Assembly: GCA_963666365.2 (NCBI GenBank)
Contig: CAXXNF010000001.1
Location: 1-64,000, forward strand
DNA: 64,000 nucleotides
Origin: Syntrophales bacterium
GTDB taxonomy: Bacteria > Desulfobacterota > Syntrophia > Syntrophales > UBA2210
Reading direction: 5' to 3'
The notes beneath the pieces were generated by a model. The model worked only from the letters and a program-made list of their open reading frames with translations, did not search any database and was not told the origin of the DNA. The translations under genes and the position numbers were made by a program. Shown in pieces: positions 1 to 11,253 of the stretch (its first letter is position 1; each line of letters opens with the position of its first letter).

Positions 1-3000
1 TGATGTGCTGGTGTGCGTCGAGGCGTCGGTGACGGTGAAGCTCCCTGTGGCCTTCTTGAAGGCGAGGCTCCCCGTCGAGGCTGACAAAGCCGAAGACGTC
101 CAGGGTCAGGTTCGTCATGGACCGCCAGCAGCACCCCCTCGTCGCCGTCGATGTCAAGCACCACATCGGCCGTGTCGGGGCCCGTGGCGATGGTCACGCT
201 GGCCGCGGTGGTGTCGGTGGTGTTGATCGTCTCGTCGCTGTTCACGAAGTCGAGGACGCTGTTCGGGGCCGTGAGGCTGCTCGTCTTGTTCACCTCTACG
301 GATAAAGTATTTACTGATGCGGTCAGGCCGTCGATCCCTACGAGACCGGCGCTCGCCACATCGGCCTTCAACGCCATGTAGTTCACGTCGTCGGTGGTCA
401 CTGCGGTGCCCTTGGTGTCCCCCACCATAAGGATGCCGAAGTCCACGCCGTGTGAGTGCGAAGCCGATGCTCCCCACGCCGGCGAAGGCACTATTCACAT
501 GACCGCCCACTTCCAGGTAGCTGACATTGGTCAGGGCGGTGGAGGTTGTGCGTCGAGGCGTCGGTGACGGTGAAGCTTCCCGTGGCCTTCTTGAAGGCCA
601 GGCTCCCGTCGAGGCTGACAAAGCCGAAGGACGTCCAGGGTCAGGTTCGTCATGACCGCCAGCAGCACCCCCTCGTCGCCGTCGATGTCAAGCACCACAT
701 CGGCCGTGTCGGGGCCCGTGGCGATGGTCACGCTGGCCGCGTTGGTGTCGGTGGTGTTGATCGTCTCGTCGCTGTTCACGAAGGTCGAGGACGGTGTTCG
801 GGGCCGTGAGGCTGCTCGTCTTGTTCACCTCTACGGATAAAGTATTTACTTCAGCGGTCAGGCCGTCGATCCCTACGAGACCGGCGCTCGCCACATCGGC
901 CTTCAACGCCATGTAGTTCACGTCGTCGGTGGTCACTGCGGTGCCCTTGGTGTCCCCCACCATAAGGATGCCGAAGTCCACGCCGGTGAGTGCGAAGCCG
1001 ATGCTCCCCACGCCGGCGAAGGCACTATTCACATGACCGCCCACTTCGAGGTAGCTGACGTTGGTCAGGGCGGTGGAGGTGTGCGTCGAGGCGTCGGTGA
1101 CGGTGAAGCTCCCTGTGGCCTTCTTGAAGGCGAGGCTCCCGTCGAGGCTGACAAAGCCGAAGACGTCCAGGGTCAGGTTCGTCATGACCGCCAGCAGCAC
1201 CCCCTCGTCGCCGTCGATGTCAAGCACCACATCGGCCGTGTCGGGGCCCGTGGCGATGGTCACGCTGGCCGCGTTGGTGTCGGTGGTGTTGATCGTCTCG
1301 TCGCTGTTCACGAAGTCGAGGACGGTGTTCGGGGCCGTGAGGCTGCTCGTCTTGTTCACCTCTACGGATAAAGTATTTACTGATGCGGTCAGGCCGTCGA
1401 TCCCTACGAGACCGGCGCTCGCCACATCGGCCTTCAACGCCATGTAGTTCACGTCGTCGGTGGTCACTGCGGTGCCCTTGGTGTCCCCCACCATGAGGAT
1501 GCCGAAGTCCACGCCGGTGAGTGCGAAGCCGATGCTCCCCACGCCGGCGAAGGCACTATTCACATGACCGCCCACTTCCAGGTAGCTGACATTATTTAAT
1601 GATGTGCTGGTGTGCGTCGATGCGTCGGTGACGGTGAAGCTTCCCGTGGCCTTCTTGAAGGCGAGGCTCCCGTCAAGGCTGACGAAACCGAAGACGTCCA
1701 GGGTCAGGTTCGTCATGACCGCCAGCAGCACCCCCTCGTCGCCGTCGATGTCAAGCACCACGTCGGCCGTGTCGGGACCCGTGGCGATGGTCACGCTGGC
1801 CGCGTTGGTGTCGGTGGTGTTGATCGTCTCGTCGCTGTTCACGAAGTCGAGGACGCTGTTCGGGGCCGTGAGGCTGCTCGTCTTGTTCACCTCTACGGAG
1901 AGGGTGGTCACTTCAGCGGTGAGGCCGTCGATCCCTACGAGACCGGCGCTCGCCACATCGGCCTTCAACGCCATGTAGTTCACGTCGTCGGTGGTCACTG
2001 CGGTGCCCTTCGTGTCCCCCACCATGAGGATGCCGAAGTCCACGCCGGTGAGTGCGAAGCCGATGCTCCCCACGCCGGCGAAGGCACTATTCACATGACC
2101 GCCCACTTCCAGGTAGCTGACATTGGTCAGGGCGGTGGAGGTGTGCGTCGAGGCGTCGGTGACGGTGAAGCTCCCTGTGGCCTTCTTGAAGGCGAGGCTC
2201 CCGTCGAGGCTGACAAAGCCGAAGACGTCCAGGGTCAGGTTCGTCATGACCGCCAGCAGCACCCCCTCGTCGCCGTCGATGTCAAGCACCACATCGGCCG
2301 TGTCGGGGCCCGTGGCGATGGTCACGCTGGCCGCGGTGGTGTCGGTGGTGTTGATCGTCTCGTCGCTGTTCACGAAGTCGAGGACGCTGTTCGGGGCCGT
2401 GAGGCTGCTCGTCTTGTTCACCTCTACGGATAAAGTATTTACTTCAGCGGTCAGGCCGTCGATCCCTACGAGACCGGCGCTCGCCACATCGGCCTTCAAC
2501 GCCATGTAGTTCACGTCGTCGGTGGTCACTGCGGTGCCCTTGGTGTCCCCCACCATGAGGATGCCGAAGTCCACGCCGGTGAGTGCGAAGCCGATGCTCC
2601 CCACGCCGGCGAAGGCACTATTCACATGACCGCCCACTTCCAGGTAGCTGACATTATTTAATGATGTGCTGGTGTGCGTCGATGCGTCGGTGACGGTGAA
2701 GCTTCCCGTGGCCTTCTTGAAGGCGAGGCTCCCGTCGAGGCTGACGAAACCGAAGACGTCCAGGGTCAGGTTCGTCATGACCGCCAGCAGCACCCCCTCG
2801 TCGCCGTCGATGTCAAGCACCACGTCGGCCGTGTCGGGGCCCGTGGCGATGGTCACGCTGGCCGCGGTGGTGTCGGTGGTGTTGATCGTCTCGTCGCTGT
2901 TCACGAAGTCGAGGACGCTGTTCGGGGCCGTGAGGCTGCTCGTCTTGTTCACCTCTACGGATAAAGTATTTACTTCAGCGGTGAGGCCGTCGATCCCTAC

Positions 3001-3830
3001 GAGACCGGCGCTCGCCACGTCCGCCTTCAACGCCATGTAGTTCACGTCGTCGGTGGTCACTGCGGTGCCCTTGGTGTCCCCCCACCATGAGGATGCCGAA
3101 GTCCACGCCGGTGAGTGCGAAGCCGATGCTCCCCACGCCGGCGAAGGCACTATTCACATGACCGCCCACTTCCAGGTAGCTGACGTTGGTCAGGGCGGTG
3201 GAGGTGTGCGTCGATGCGTCGGTGACGGTGAAGCTCCCTGTGGCCTTCTTGAAGGCCAGGCTCCCGTCGAGGCTGACGAAACCGAAGACGTCCAGGGTCA
3301 GGTTCGTCATGACCGCCAGCAGCACCCCCTCGTCGCCGTCGATGTCAAGCACCACGTCGGCCGTGTCGGGGCCCGTGGCGATGGTCACGCTGGCCGCGTT
3401 GGTGTCGGTGGTGTTGATCGTCTCGTCGCTGTTCACGAAGTCGAGGACGCTGTTCGGGGCCGTGAGGCTGCTCGTCTTGTTCACCTCTACGGATAAAGTA
3501 TTTACTTCAGCGGTGAGGCCGTCGATCCCTACGAGACCGGCGCTCGCCACGTCCGCCTTCAACGCCATGTAGTTCACGTCGTCGGTGGTCACTGCGGTGC
3601 CCTTGGTGTCCCCCACCATGAGGATGCCGAAGTCCACGCCGGTGAGTGCGAAGCCGATGCTCCCCACGCCGGCGAAGGCACTATTCACATGACCGCCCAC
3701 TTCGAGGTAGCTGACGTTGGTCAGGGCGGTGGAGGTGTGCGTCGAGGCGTCGGTGACGGTGAAGCTCCCTGTGGCCTTCTTGAAGGCGAGGCTCCCGTCA
3801 AGGCTGACGAAACCGAAGACGTCCAGGGCG
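1..3830 (-). repeat. Tandem coding repeat, 531-bp (177-aa) unit, 7 full copies plus a partial
   Basis: The anchor gaagacgtccaggg recurs at about 3814, 3284, 2752, 2221, 1690, 1159, 626 and 92. Unit: LDVFGFVSLDGSLAFKKATG...VLLAVMTNLT. Confidence 0.97.
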
Positions 3831-6800
3831 ACGTTGCCGGCTGCCTCGATCAGCTCCCCTTCCGCGCCGTCCATGTCGATTGTAAGGCTGGTCCCCGGAC
3901 CGGTCAGCACCTCCAGGTTGCGCGCGGCAAAGTCGATGACCTGATCATCTGCCTTCCCTGCCTGATTGATCTTCACTGAAAGAGACGTGGATGAAGCCGT
4001 AAATCCGGTAATGCCTGTCAAGGCAATGCTGTTTGCCGTGGCCTGCAGTGTCGTCCATGTCCGCGTTATATCCGCTCGGCTGGTGAACAGCACCAGGGCA
4101 AAGTCAACTTCTTCCAGGGAAAGGCCCAGCGCGCTGTCGCCGCCGCCGTTCACTCCCGCAAAGGCGTTCAATCCGCCACCGCCCACGGCGAGCATGTCGG
4201 TGACGACTTCCGTCGTCCCGTCGGCAAGCACTACCGTCTCGCTGGATTTCTCAAAGGCCAGATTGCCTTCAAGCATGAAGAATCCGAAAAGGTCCAGCGT
4301 CATGTGACCGTATGCGCGGATCAGATCGCCCTCGAGGCCGTCCATGGTGAGCGTCAGGGTCGTGGCGGGACCGGTTGTTATCTCCATGTTCTGAACGGCA
4401 AAATCCACCACCAGGTTCGGATCGGCATCGGGAACGATATCCGGACGCGCTATCGACTCGCCTTTGGCTTCCACTGTCAGTGTGGCCGAGGCCACATCAG
4501 GCGTCGCCGTCACTTCCAGCAGCGGAAGGTCCGTGCCACCAAGGCTCCCGCCGAATTGAACATCCCATACCCCGGAAGAAATGTAGGTCGCGGTGAACTG
4601 CGCACCCGCAAGGTCTGTAAATGCCGCTGCCAGGGCTGACTGCACGTCCGACGCCGTGGCAGTAAATCCGATCGCCATCGTCGTGCGGGTCATGCTGTCG
4701 TATGTCAAACTCAGGGTGAACGTGCCGCCGCCTTCTGCTTCTATCCGCACGCGCTGCACTTCGTCTACCGCCGCCGTGCTGTAGGTTGTGCTCTCCGTTC
4801 GCGTCAGGCCGCGTTCAATTACCAGCAGCGTACCCGTTACCGGCGCCACCGTCGTGGCTACCGTCATGCGCGCGATTTCCTTCCCGGTAAAGCTGCCGCC
4901 AAAGACTACATCCCATATTCCCCCGGCTGAGCTGCTTACGGTGACACTTGCCCCTGCAATCGTAACGAAGGCCGTGTTCAGCGCATCCTGAACCTGCACC
5001 GCCGTCGCATCGAAGGACAGTGACGCTGTCGTATAGGTTGTCCCTTCGTATGAAAGCGAAAGGGTGAAGTCGCCGGCAGATTCGGATTGTACCCGCACCC
5101 GCTGCTCGGCCGATACGTCGGTCACCGTCTCGGTAGTCGTCTTCGACTGCCCCTCAACCGACGTCGATACGACGACCGTTACGTTGCTCGACGATACCAC
5201 GGTGATTTGCGGAACATCCTGATAGGCGAGTGCACCGGTAAAGGTCACGAAGTAACGGGGCGCCGCAGATGTTGATTTCTGATCGAACTCTACATAGACA
5301 TTCCCCTTCTTTATCGTCGTTAAACTCTCCAGACCCGCCTGCAGTATCGCCCGGTTATAGGTGGGACTGTTCACCGAAAAATCGAGAAGTCCCGTGGTCA
5401 GACCGTTGAACTCCAGCTCATAACGGGTGTTCGTGCTCCGGAATCCATCAGAAAAAGATATGATCTGACGCTCGCGTACATTGGCGCCCGTCGTCTCCGT
5501 GCCGGTCACCACCTGCCCGCCGGCCACTATCGTGGTGACGGATGCCTCAACTCCGGGTGTGCGCACCGACAGCTGCAGGTCGCTCAGATCCTTACCGGCA
5601 CAGTCGTTTATAAACTCAATCGCATAACCGGCGGCACGGGTCCCGCTTACGGTGACATTGCCCGCACCTACTGCCGCAAAACCTGAAAGCGCTGTCGTCA
5701 GCAATCCGGAAAGCGCCGCATCGCTCGTACCCGCCGCTATATCAACGCTCCGTGTCTCTCCCCTCAAGGTAAAGACCAGAGCACCTGTCTGGATATCGGT
5801 CTCCAGTGTGAGTTTTGTGTTTACCGTAACCGGCGTCAGCTCGACATCTGTCTGCTCAGGCACTCCGGCCACACGCTCGATTACCGCCGTGGATACCTCG
5901 GGGCTCTCCGCCCGCACCGTCAGGCCGCTCAGGTCCTGACCAAGTAATGTGTTATTAAAGGTGAGAATGAACCCTTCCGCCCGCGTACCGCTTATTGTGA
6001 CATTGCCCGCTCCCACTCCGGAAAGACTCTCGAGAGCGGATCTGAGCTTCACCCACATTATTGTCGTCGTATCCTCAGCCGTTACCTGCACTTCGGCTGT
6101 CTCGGCGTCAAGCCCGAAAACAAGCGTTCCCACCGTCAGGTCCGTCTCAAGCTTAAGCACTGTCGCCGTCAGCTCCGGATTCTGCGCAACCGGCGTCCCG
6201 GCACTACCGATGTTGCGGTTGATCTCGACGGTCAGGGTATCCACTTCCACCGTCAGGCCATCGACGCCCACGAATCCCAAGGAACCGACCTCGCTCTTCA
6301 GGGCCATCCATTTGCGCGCCGGATTCGACGAATCCGTTATGAGCGCCAAGGCAAAAGCGGCATCGGTCAAATCGAAACCAAGAGCGGACTCAGTGCCGCC
6401 GTTGAGACCGGCAAAGGCGGTCACTTCGCTCGCGCCGATTGTGATCAGATCGACGTCAACCGAACTGCCGTCGGAAAGACGAACGCTGCTGCTGGAACTG
6501 ACAAAGGCAAAGTTTCCGGACACGAGAAAGAAATCCGCAAGCTCGATCTCTACCGTCCCCGATGCCTGGATCAGTTCTCCATCGGCGCCGGCCATCTCGA
6601 ACGTTACGGTGTCTTCTGGGCCTACGGAGACCGCCAGTGGATCAGCCGAAAAATCTATTACCGTACTGTCGGCGGCAGACAGATTCAGCTCAATGCCGAA
6701 TGTGGTGACGCTCAGCGTCAAACCGGGAATGCCCACCACCGAGGCGCTGCCCACCGAACCCTGCAGCGCCGTCCAGCTCCGCTGCGAACCGCCTTCTTCG

Positions 6801-9800
6801 CTCATCAGTGCAAGCGCAAAGTCAACTCCTGAAAGCTGAAGACCTATCGCATGGTCAGTGCCGCCGCTGTACCCGGCAAAGGCCGAAAGATCACTCCCTC
6901 CGATCGTCAGCAGGTCTGCGGTAAGGGCACTCTCCCCTGTAGGCTTCACCGATTGGGTATCCATATGAACCGCAACGTTACCCGAAATCTGCACGAAGCC
7001 GCCCACGGACACATTGGCATTACCGATAGCTACCTCCAGAAGCGTCGATGATGCTTCCATCGTACCGAAGGTATAGACAAGCTCACATGCCGCTATTGAA
7101 ACACCGGTATATGCGATACCTGTTTCGTTCAGCCGAACCGATACCGTGTCTGCACTGAGGGTTACCGAATCTCCGGCAACGGCATAAAGCGAGCCGGATG
7201 CTTCAAGCACACGGGTCCCGCTGTTTACCACCAGACCCAGTGAAGCGTTTTCTACACCGACCGCAAAATCACCGGCACCGAGAAATGCACGGGCGCTTTG
7301 TGCAATCACATGCATCGTGTCGCCATCTGCTTCAAATCCGAAATCACCGGCAATCTGCAAACCACCGCCCAGACTGGCTTCGAGACCCGTCACCGAAACG
7401 CTCTTTAATGTTGAAGAGGCGGGGAGGGAGGCGAAGGTATACCGCACATCTCCCACCGATACTGATTGACCCGTATACAACTCGCCGGTGGTGTTGTAGC
7501 GCACCAGCACCGATGCAGCCGTCATAGAGGCGAATCCGCCGCCCACCATCGAAAGGGCGCCCGAGGCCTCAAGGGCTACGTTGCTGTTCTCATCTATTAC
7601 AAGACCCAGGCTTGCGCTGCTGACACCGACTGAGAAGGAACCGGCGTTCACCGATGCAGCCGCATCAGTGGCCACCGCCTTCACAACCGAACCCTCCTTC
7701 AGAAAGCCGTAATTTCCGGAAAGAGAGAATATCCCCCCCAACTCGCAGTCAAGACCGGTTACGTAGACACCGCGGATTGTCGTAGATCCGGGAAGTTCTT
7801 CAAAACCGAAGCTTGTACCTCCCGCTGATATCTCCTGACCGATATAGGGAATACCCGTCTCGTTCAGAAGCACCTTCACCTTGTCGGCGCTGCAGGCAAA
7901 GCCGGCGCCTTCCAGGACAAGGGTCCCGTCAACCTCGAATGCCTTTGTGCCGTCTCCCCTGATCACAAGACCGAGGGAACCGTTGTCAACCCCTACCTTG
8001 AAATCACCTACACTGAGAATCGCTTCCGCATCCGACGCAATAATTTGAACATCCGAACCGTTCTTTTCAAAATCAAAATTGCCGCCGATCAAAAATACGC
8101 CACCGAACTCGGCCGTCAATCCCGTGATCGATAGGGCCACCAACGACGTCGATGCAGGAAGGTTCGTAAAGGTGTAGCTCACCTCGCCCACCGATACTGT
8201 CTGACCAGTATAGAGTGCACCGGTGGTGTTGTAGCGCACCAGAACCGAGGTCGCCGTTACCGAAGCAAATTCTCCGCCCGAGATCGCGAGGGCGCCCGAG
8301 GCTTCCAGGGCGACGGCGCCCGACTCGTTCAACACCAGGCCCAGCGTCGCCGCACTCACTTCGACGGAAAAAGATCCCGACTGCAACGTGGCGGTCACAT
8401 TCCGTGCCCCTGCCCGTATCACCGTGTCGGGACTGGTGCCAGTCTTTTCAAATCCGAAATCCCCGGTTACCGATACGAATCCGCTTATGCCCAGGCTGAT
8501 CCCGGTTCCCTGGATCACGATGATTTCCGTTCCATCGTCAAAGGAAACCGTTACATCGCCGCCGGAGGTGGTGACCGTCTCGTTCACCGCGGCGCCGGTC
8601 TTGTTCACTTCGGCAGCGAGGGTCGCTGTAATGCTGAAGTTATTATAGCCGACAAGTGTACCGGTCCCCGACGCGTACAGCGCATAGACAGAAGGAGTAC
8701 CTTCAATGATTACCAGACCGAGCGTGGCGCCTGTTATTTGAACCCCCCGGGCATTCTCGGTACCGTACCCGGTACCCATAAAGATGGTCACATCGGTGGC
8801 CCCGGCCACAATTTTCATATTGGGAGAAGCGCCGGTTTTTTCGAATCGAAACGATCCGGAGAGAACCGCAAAGGAATCGATCGTAAGAGAGGCGCTCCCG
8901 GCGATCCTCACAAAGGCGCCTTCCGTGAAATCAAGAGTTGTGGTCTGACCACCCACAGTGATCGATTTGCTGACCGCCCCACCGGTATTATTGAACTCCG
9001 CAGCCATGGCCGCCGTCATGGCAACCCCGGAAAGACCGCTGAGACTCACCGTCCCGTTTGCCTTGCCGGCCGTCCCCGACGCGGTCATAAAGAAGGCGCC
9101 GGCGCCTTCCGTCAGACTTACCGATGCGCCTCCGGCGGCGAAGACCATATTCACATTTGCTGCAGCAACACTGTAGTCGTCACCGCTTTTTTCAAAGGTA
9201 AAGCTTCCTCCCATGCTCTGACCAAGTACGGTCACCGAACCGGTGATGCCGATGGAAACTTCCGACGTTTTGCCGGCAAACCAGGCGAGCAGTTCGTCCA
9301 TGGTCGAGGGGGATCCTTCGTCAACGGCGATATCCACATCGCCGCCGGGCGTCTCGGCCACTTCGAGCATGTAGGCGCTGCTATCCGCGTCAAGGACCGG
9401 CTTGAAGTAGAGACCACCGCCGATCTCCAGTCCGGTGAAGGATGCAAAATCACCCGTCACAGACCCGAAGGTCATGAAGGTGAAGGTCTGTCCGAGGGTG
9501 GGGGTATAGGTGTCGAGCAGGTCTATGGCCAGGGCACCGTCGAGGGAGGCGAGATTCGCCACATTGATGACGTCGTAGTCAGTACCGGAGAGGGGGCCCC
9601 ATATCTCGATCAGCAATGTCCCATCGGATAACTGGGTGAAGCTGTCAACGTTGTCACTGCCGGGAGAATGTCCGGGACTGTAAATACCTTCGTTCAGGAA
9701 GGACTCGTAATCCGAATCGGTCTCTTCGGCGACACTATATATAAGGGATATGATTTCCGATGAACCGGCAGGGTAAAAAGTCAGGCCGGAAGATTCCGCC

Positions 9801-10792
9801 TTCAGGCGCCTGAGTTCTTCCAGAGAAATCAGGCCGTCGGATCCGGTCAATGCCTCGACATCCAGGAGGCTCTTCGCCGTCAGATTCGAGCCATCATCGA
9901 AGTAAACGGTTGTTTCGGCTGACAGGCTATAGATGGCAAGATAAAAAGAGCCATCAACATCGGGATCGAGTCCGATGGCAAGGGACGCGTCATAATTGAG
10001 CGACAGCGCTGTAACTGAATGATTTTGCGCAGCATACAGCAAATCAAGCGCCGCACACAGTTCAGACGCCGACCCGAGATTAATAGCGGAACCCAAGGCA
10101 ACACTCATATGCACACTGCCGGATTCGCTACTCAATTCTCCGGTTACATTGAAATATGTATCGCCCTGCGCCTCGTTTTGCTGCAAAAGGGCGAGAAGGT
10201 ATTCAAGATTTTGCGCGTCGGGGGGGTCCAGTGCATCCCCGTAGTATTCATACACGGGGGTCATAAGTCGAGTGTCAAGAAGTTCATAAAATGCGATGCC
10301 GGTGGCTCCGGTATCGGTCGTGAGGCTTTTGAAAAGGGCGAAGATTTCTTCTTTTTCGACTTCAACCGCCCTATCCGCAAGCAGATCAAGCCCCTCAACG
10401 AGGGCATCCGTATCCAGTGAAGCGGCAGCAACTGCCGGTGTCGAGTCCTCTTCCGATCCATCGTCGGTACTGGAATGTTCAAGATCGCTCTTGTCAGTTG
10501 ATGCTGAATCGGAGAGTAGATCCAGATCAGCCAGATCCTGGAACAGGTCGTCGTTTCCTTCCCCAAAACCCTGAAAAAAAGTGTCCGATGAGGCCGTTGC
10601 CGAGCTTCCGTCGGCAGTGAGCACAATCTCTTCAACGGCTGAGGTGGATGCAATCCCTTTGGAAAGAAGATCTTCCTGATCGATCTGCCAGGCCGCGGCA
10701 GCCCCCAGCAAGGGATCCGCAGAAAGCATCACCCGCTGCTCGAGCGCTTCAAGCTCAAATAACCTATCCGGATCTATCCGCGACATCGGCAT
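1..10792 (-). CDS. Giant repetitive extracellular protein with N-terminal LEPR-XLL motif; 3' end outside the window; broken by single-base insertions
   Basis: ORF 2975-10792 (2605 aa) starts MPMSRIDPDRLFELEALEQRVMLSAD (LEPRxLLSA-type motif). It is Gly/Ser/Thr/Ala/Val-rich with beta-strand repeats. The same repeat reading continues in ORF 688-3150 and below after +1 insertions at about 3080, 783, 630, 547, 451, 120 and 70. Confidence 0.9.
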
Positions 10793-10911
10793 CTACTTCT
10801 TGTTACGTCGGTTAAAAACCCCTGCAAAACAGTACACTCGAGCAGCAAAAGTTGTCACTGCACGAACTTTCAGCGCGCGTCACCAATTCCATACCGTTCC
10901 ACAGAAGTTCT

Positions 10912-11059
10912 GAGACCTGTTTTGCAGAACCTCATAAAATCATCAATTTCGTCATACCGGCAGGTCCCGGATCAAGTCCGGAAGGTATCCAGTTTTTTCA
11001 AGCACTTTCTGGATTCCGGGTCAAGTCCAGACAGAAAAGGGGAATTATGCAAAGGTCTC
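10912..11059. repeat. MITE/REP-like palindromic element, copy 1
   Basis: Ends GAGACCtgTTTTGCA...TGCAAAGGTCTC. Internal GTCATACCGG...ATCCAG...CTGGATTCCGGGTCAAG palindrome. Aligns with 27605-27726. Confidence 0.7.
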
Positions 11060-11253
11060 GTTCTTTATACGTTTTAAAGATCACGCCGGCATTTGCTCAT
11101 GCTGCGCGTATCGGCGGGAGCGATCAGTCTCCCTTATTTAAATGATGTCTAACACTACCTGTCTCCCTCATGTTTAGCAACTAAAAAATGACCTCTACAC
11201 TGTGACACATTTCACACTGAGGCTGTTTTTTACTGCGAAACCGAAAAGGGCGA

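Noticed and set aside
1..3830. CRISPR-like or non-coding repeat array
   Set aside because: The unit is 531 bp (a multiple of 3), has no unique spacers and encodes a continuous protein repeat.
5..3979. Many plus-strand ORFs across the repeat
   Set aside because: Antisense shadows of the GC-rich coding repeat, recurring with the same period.
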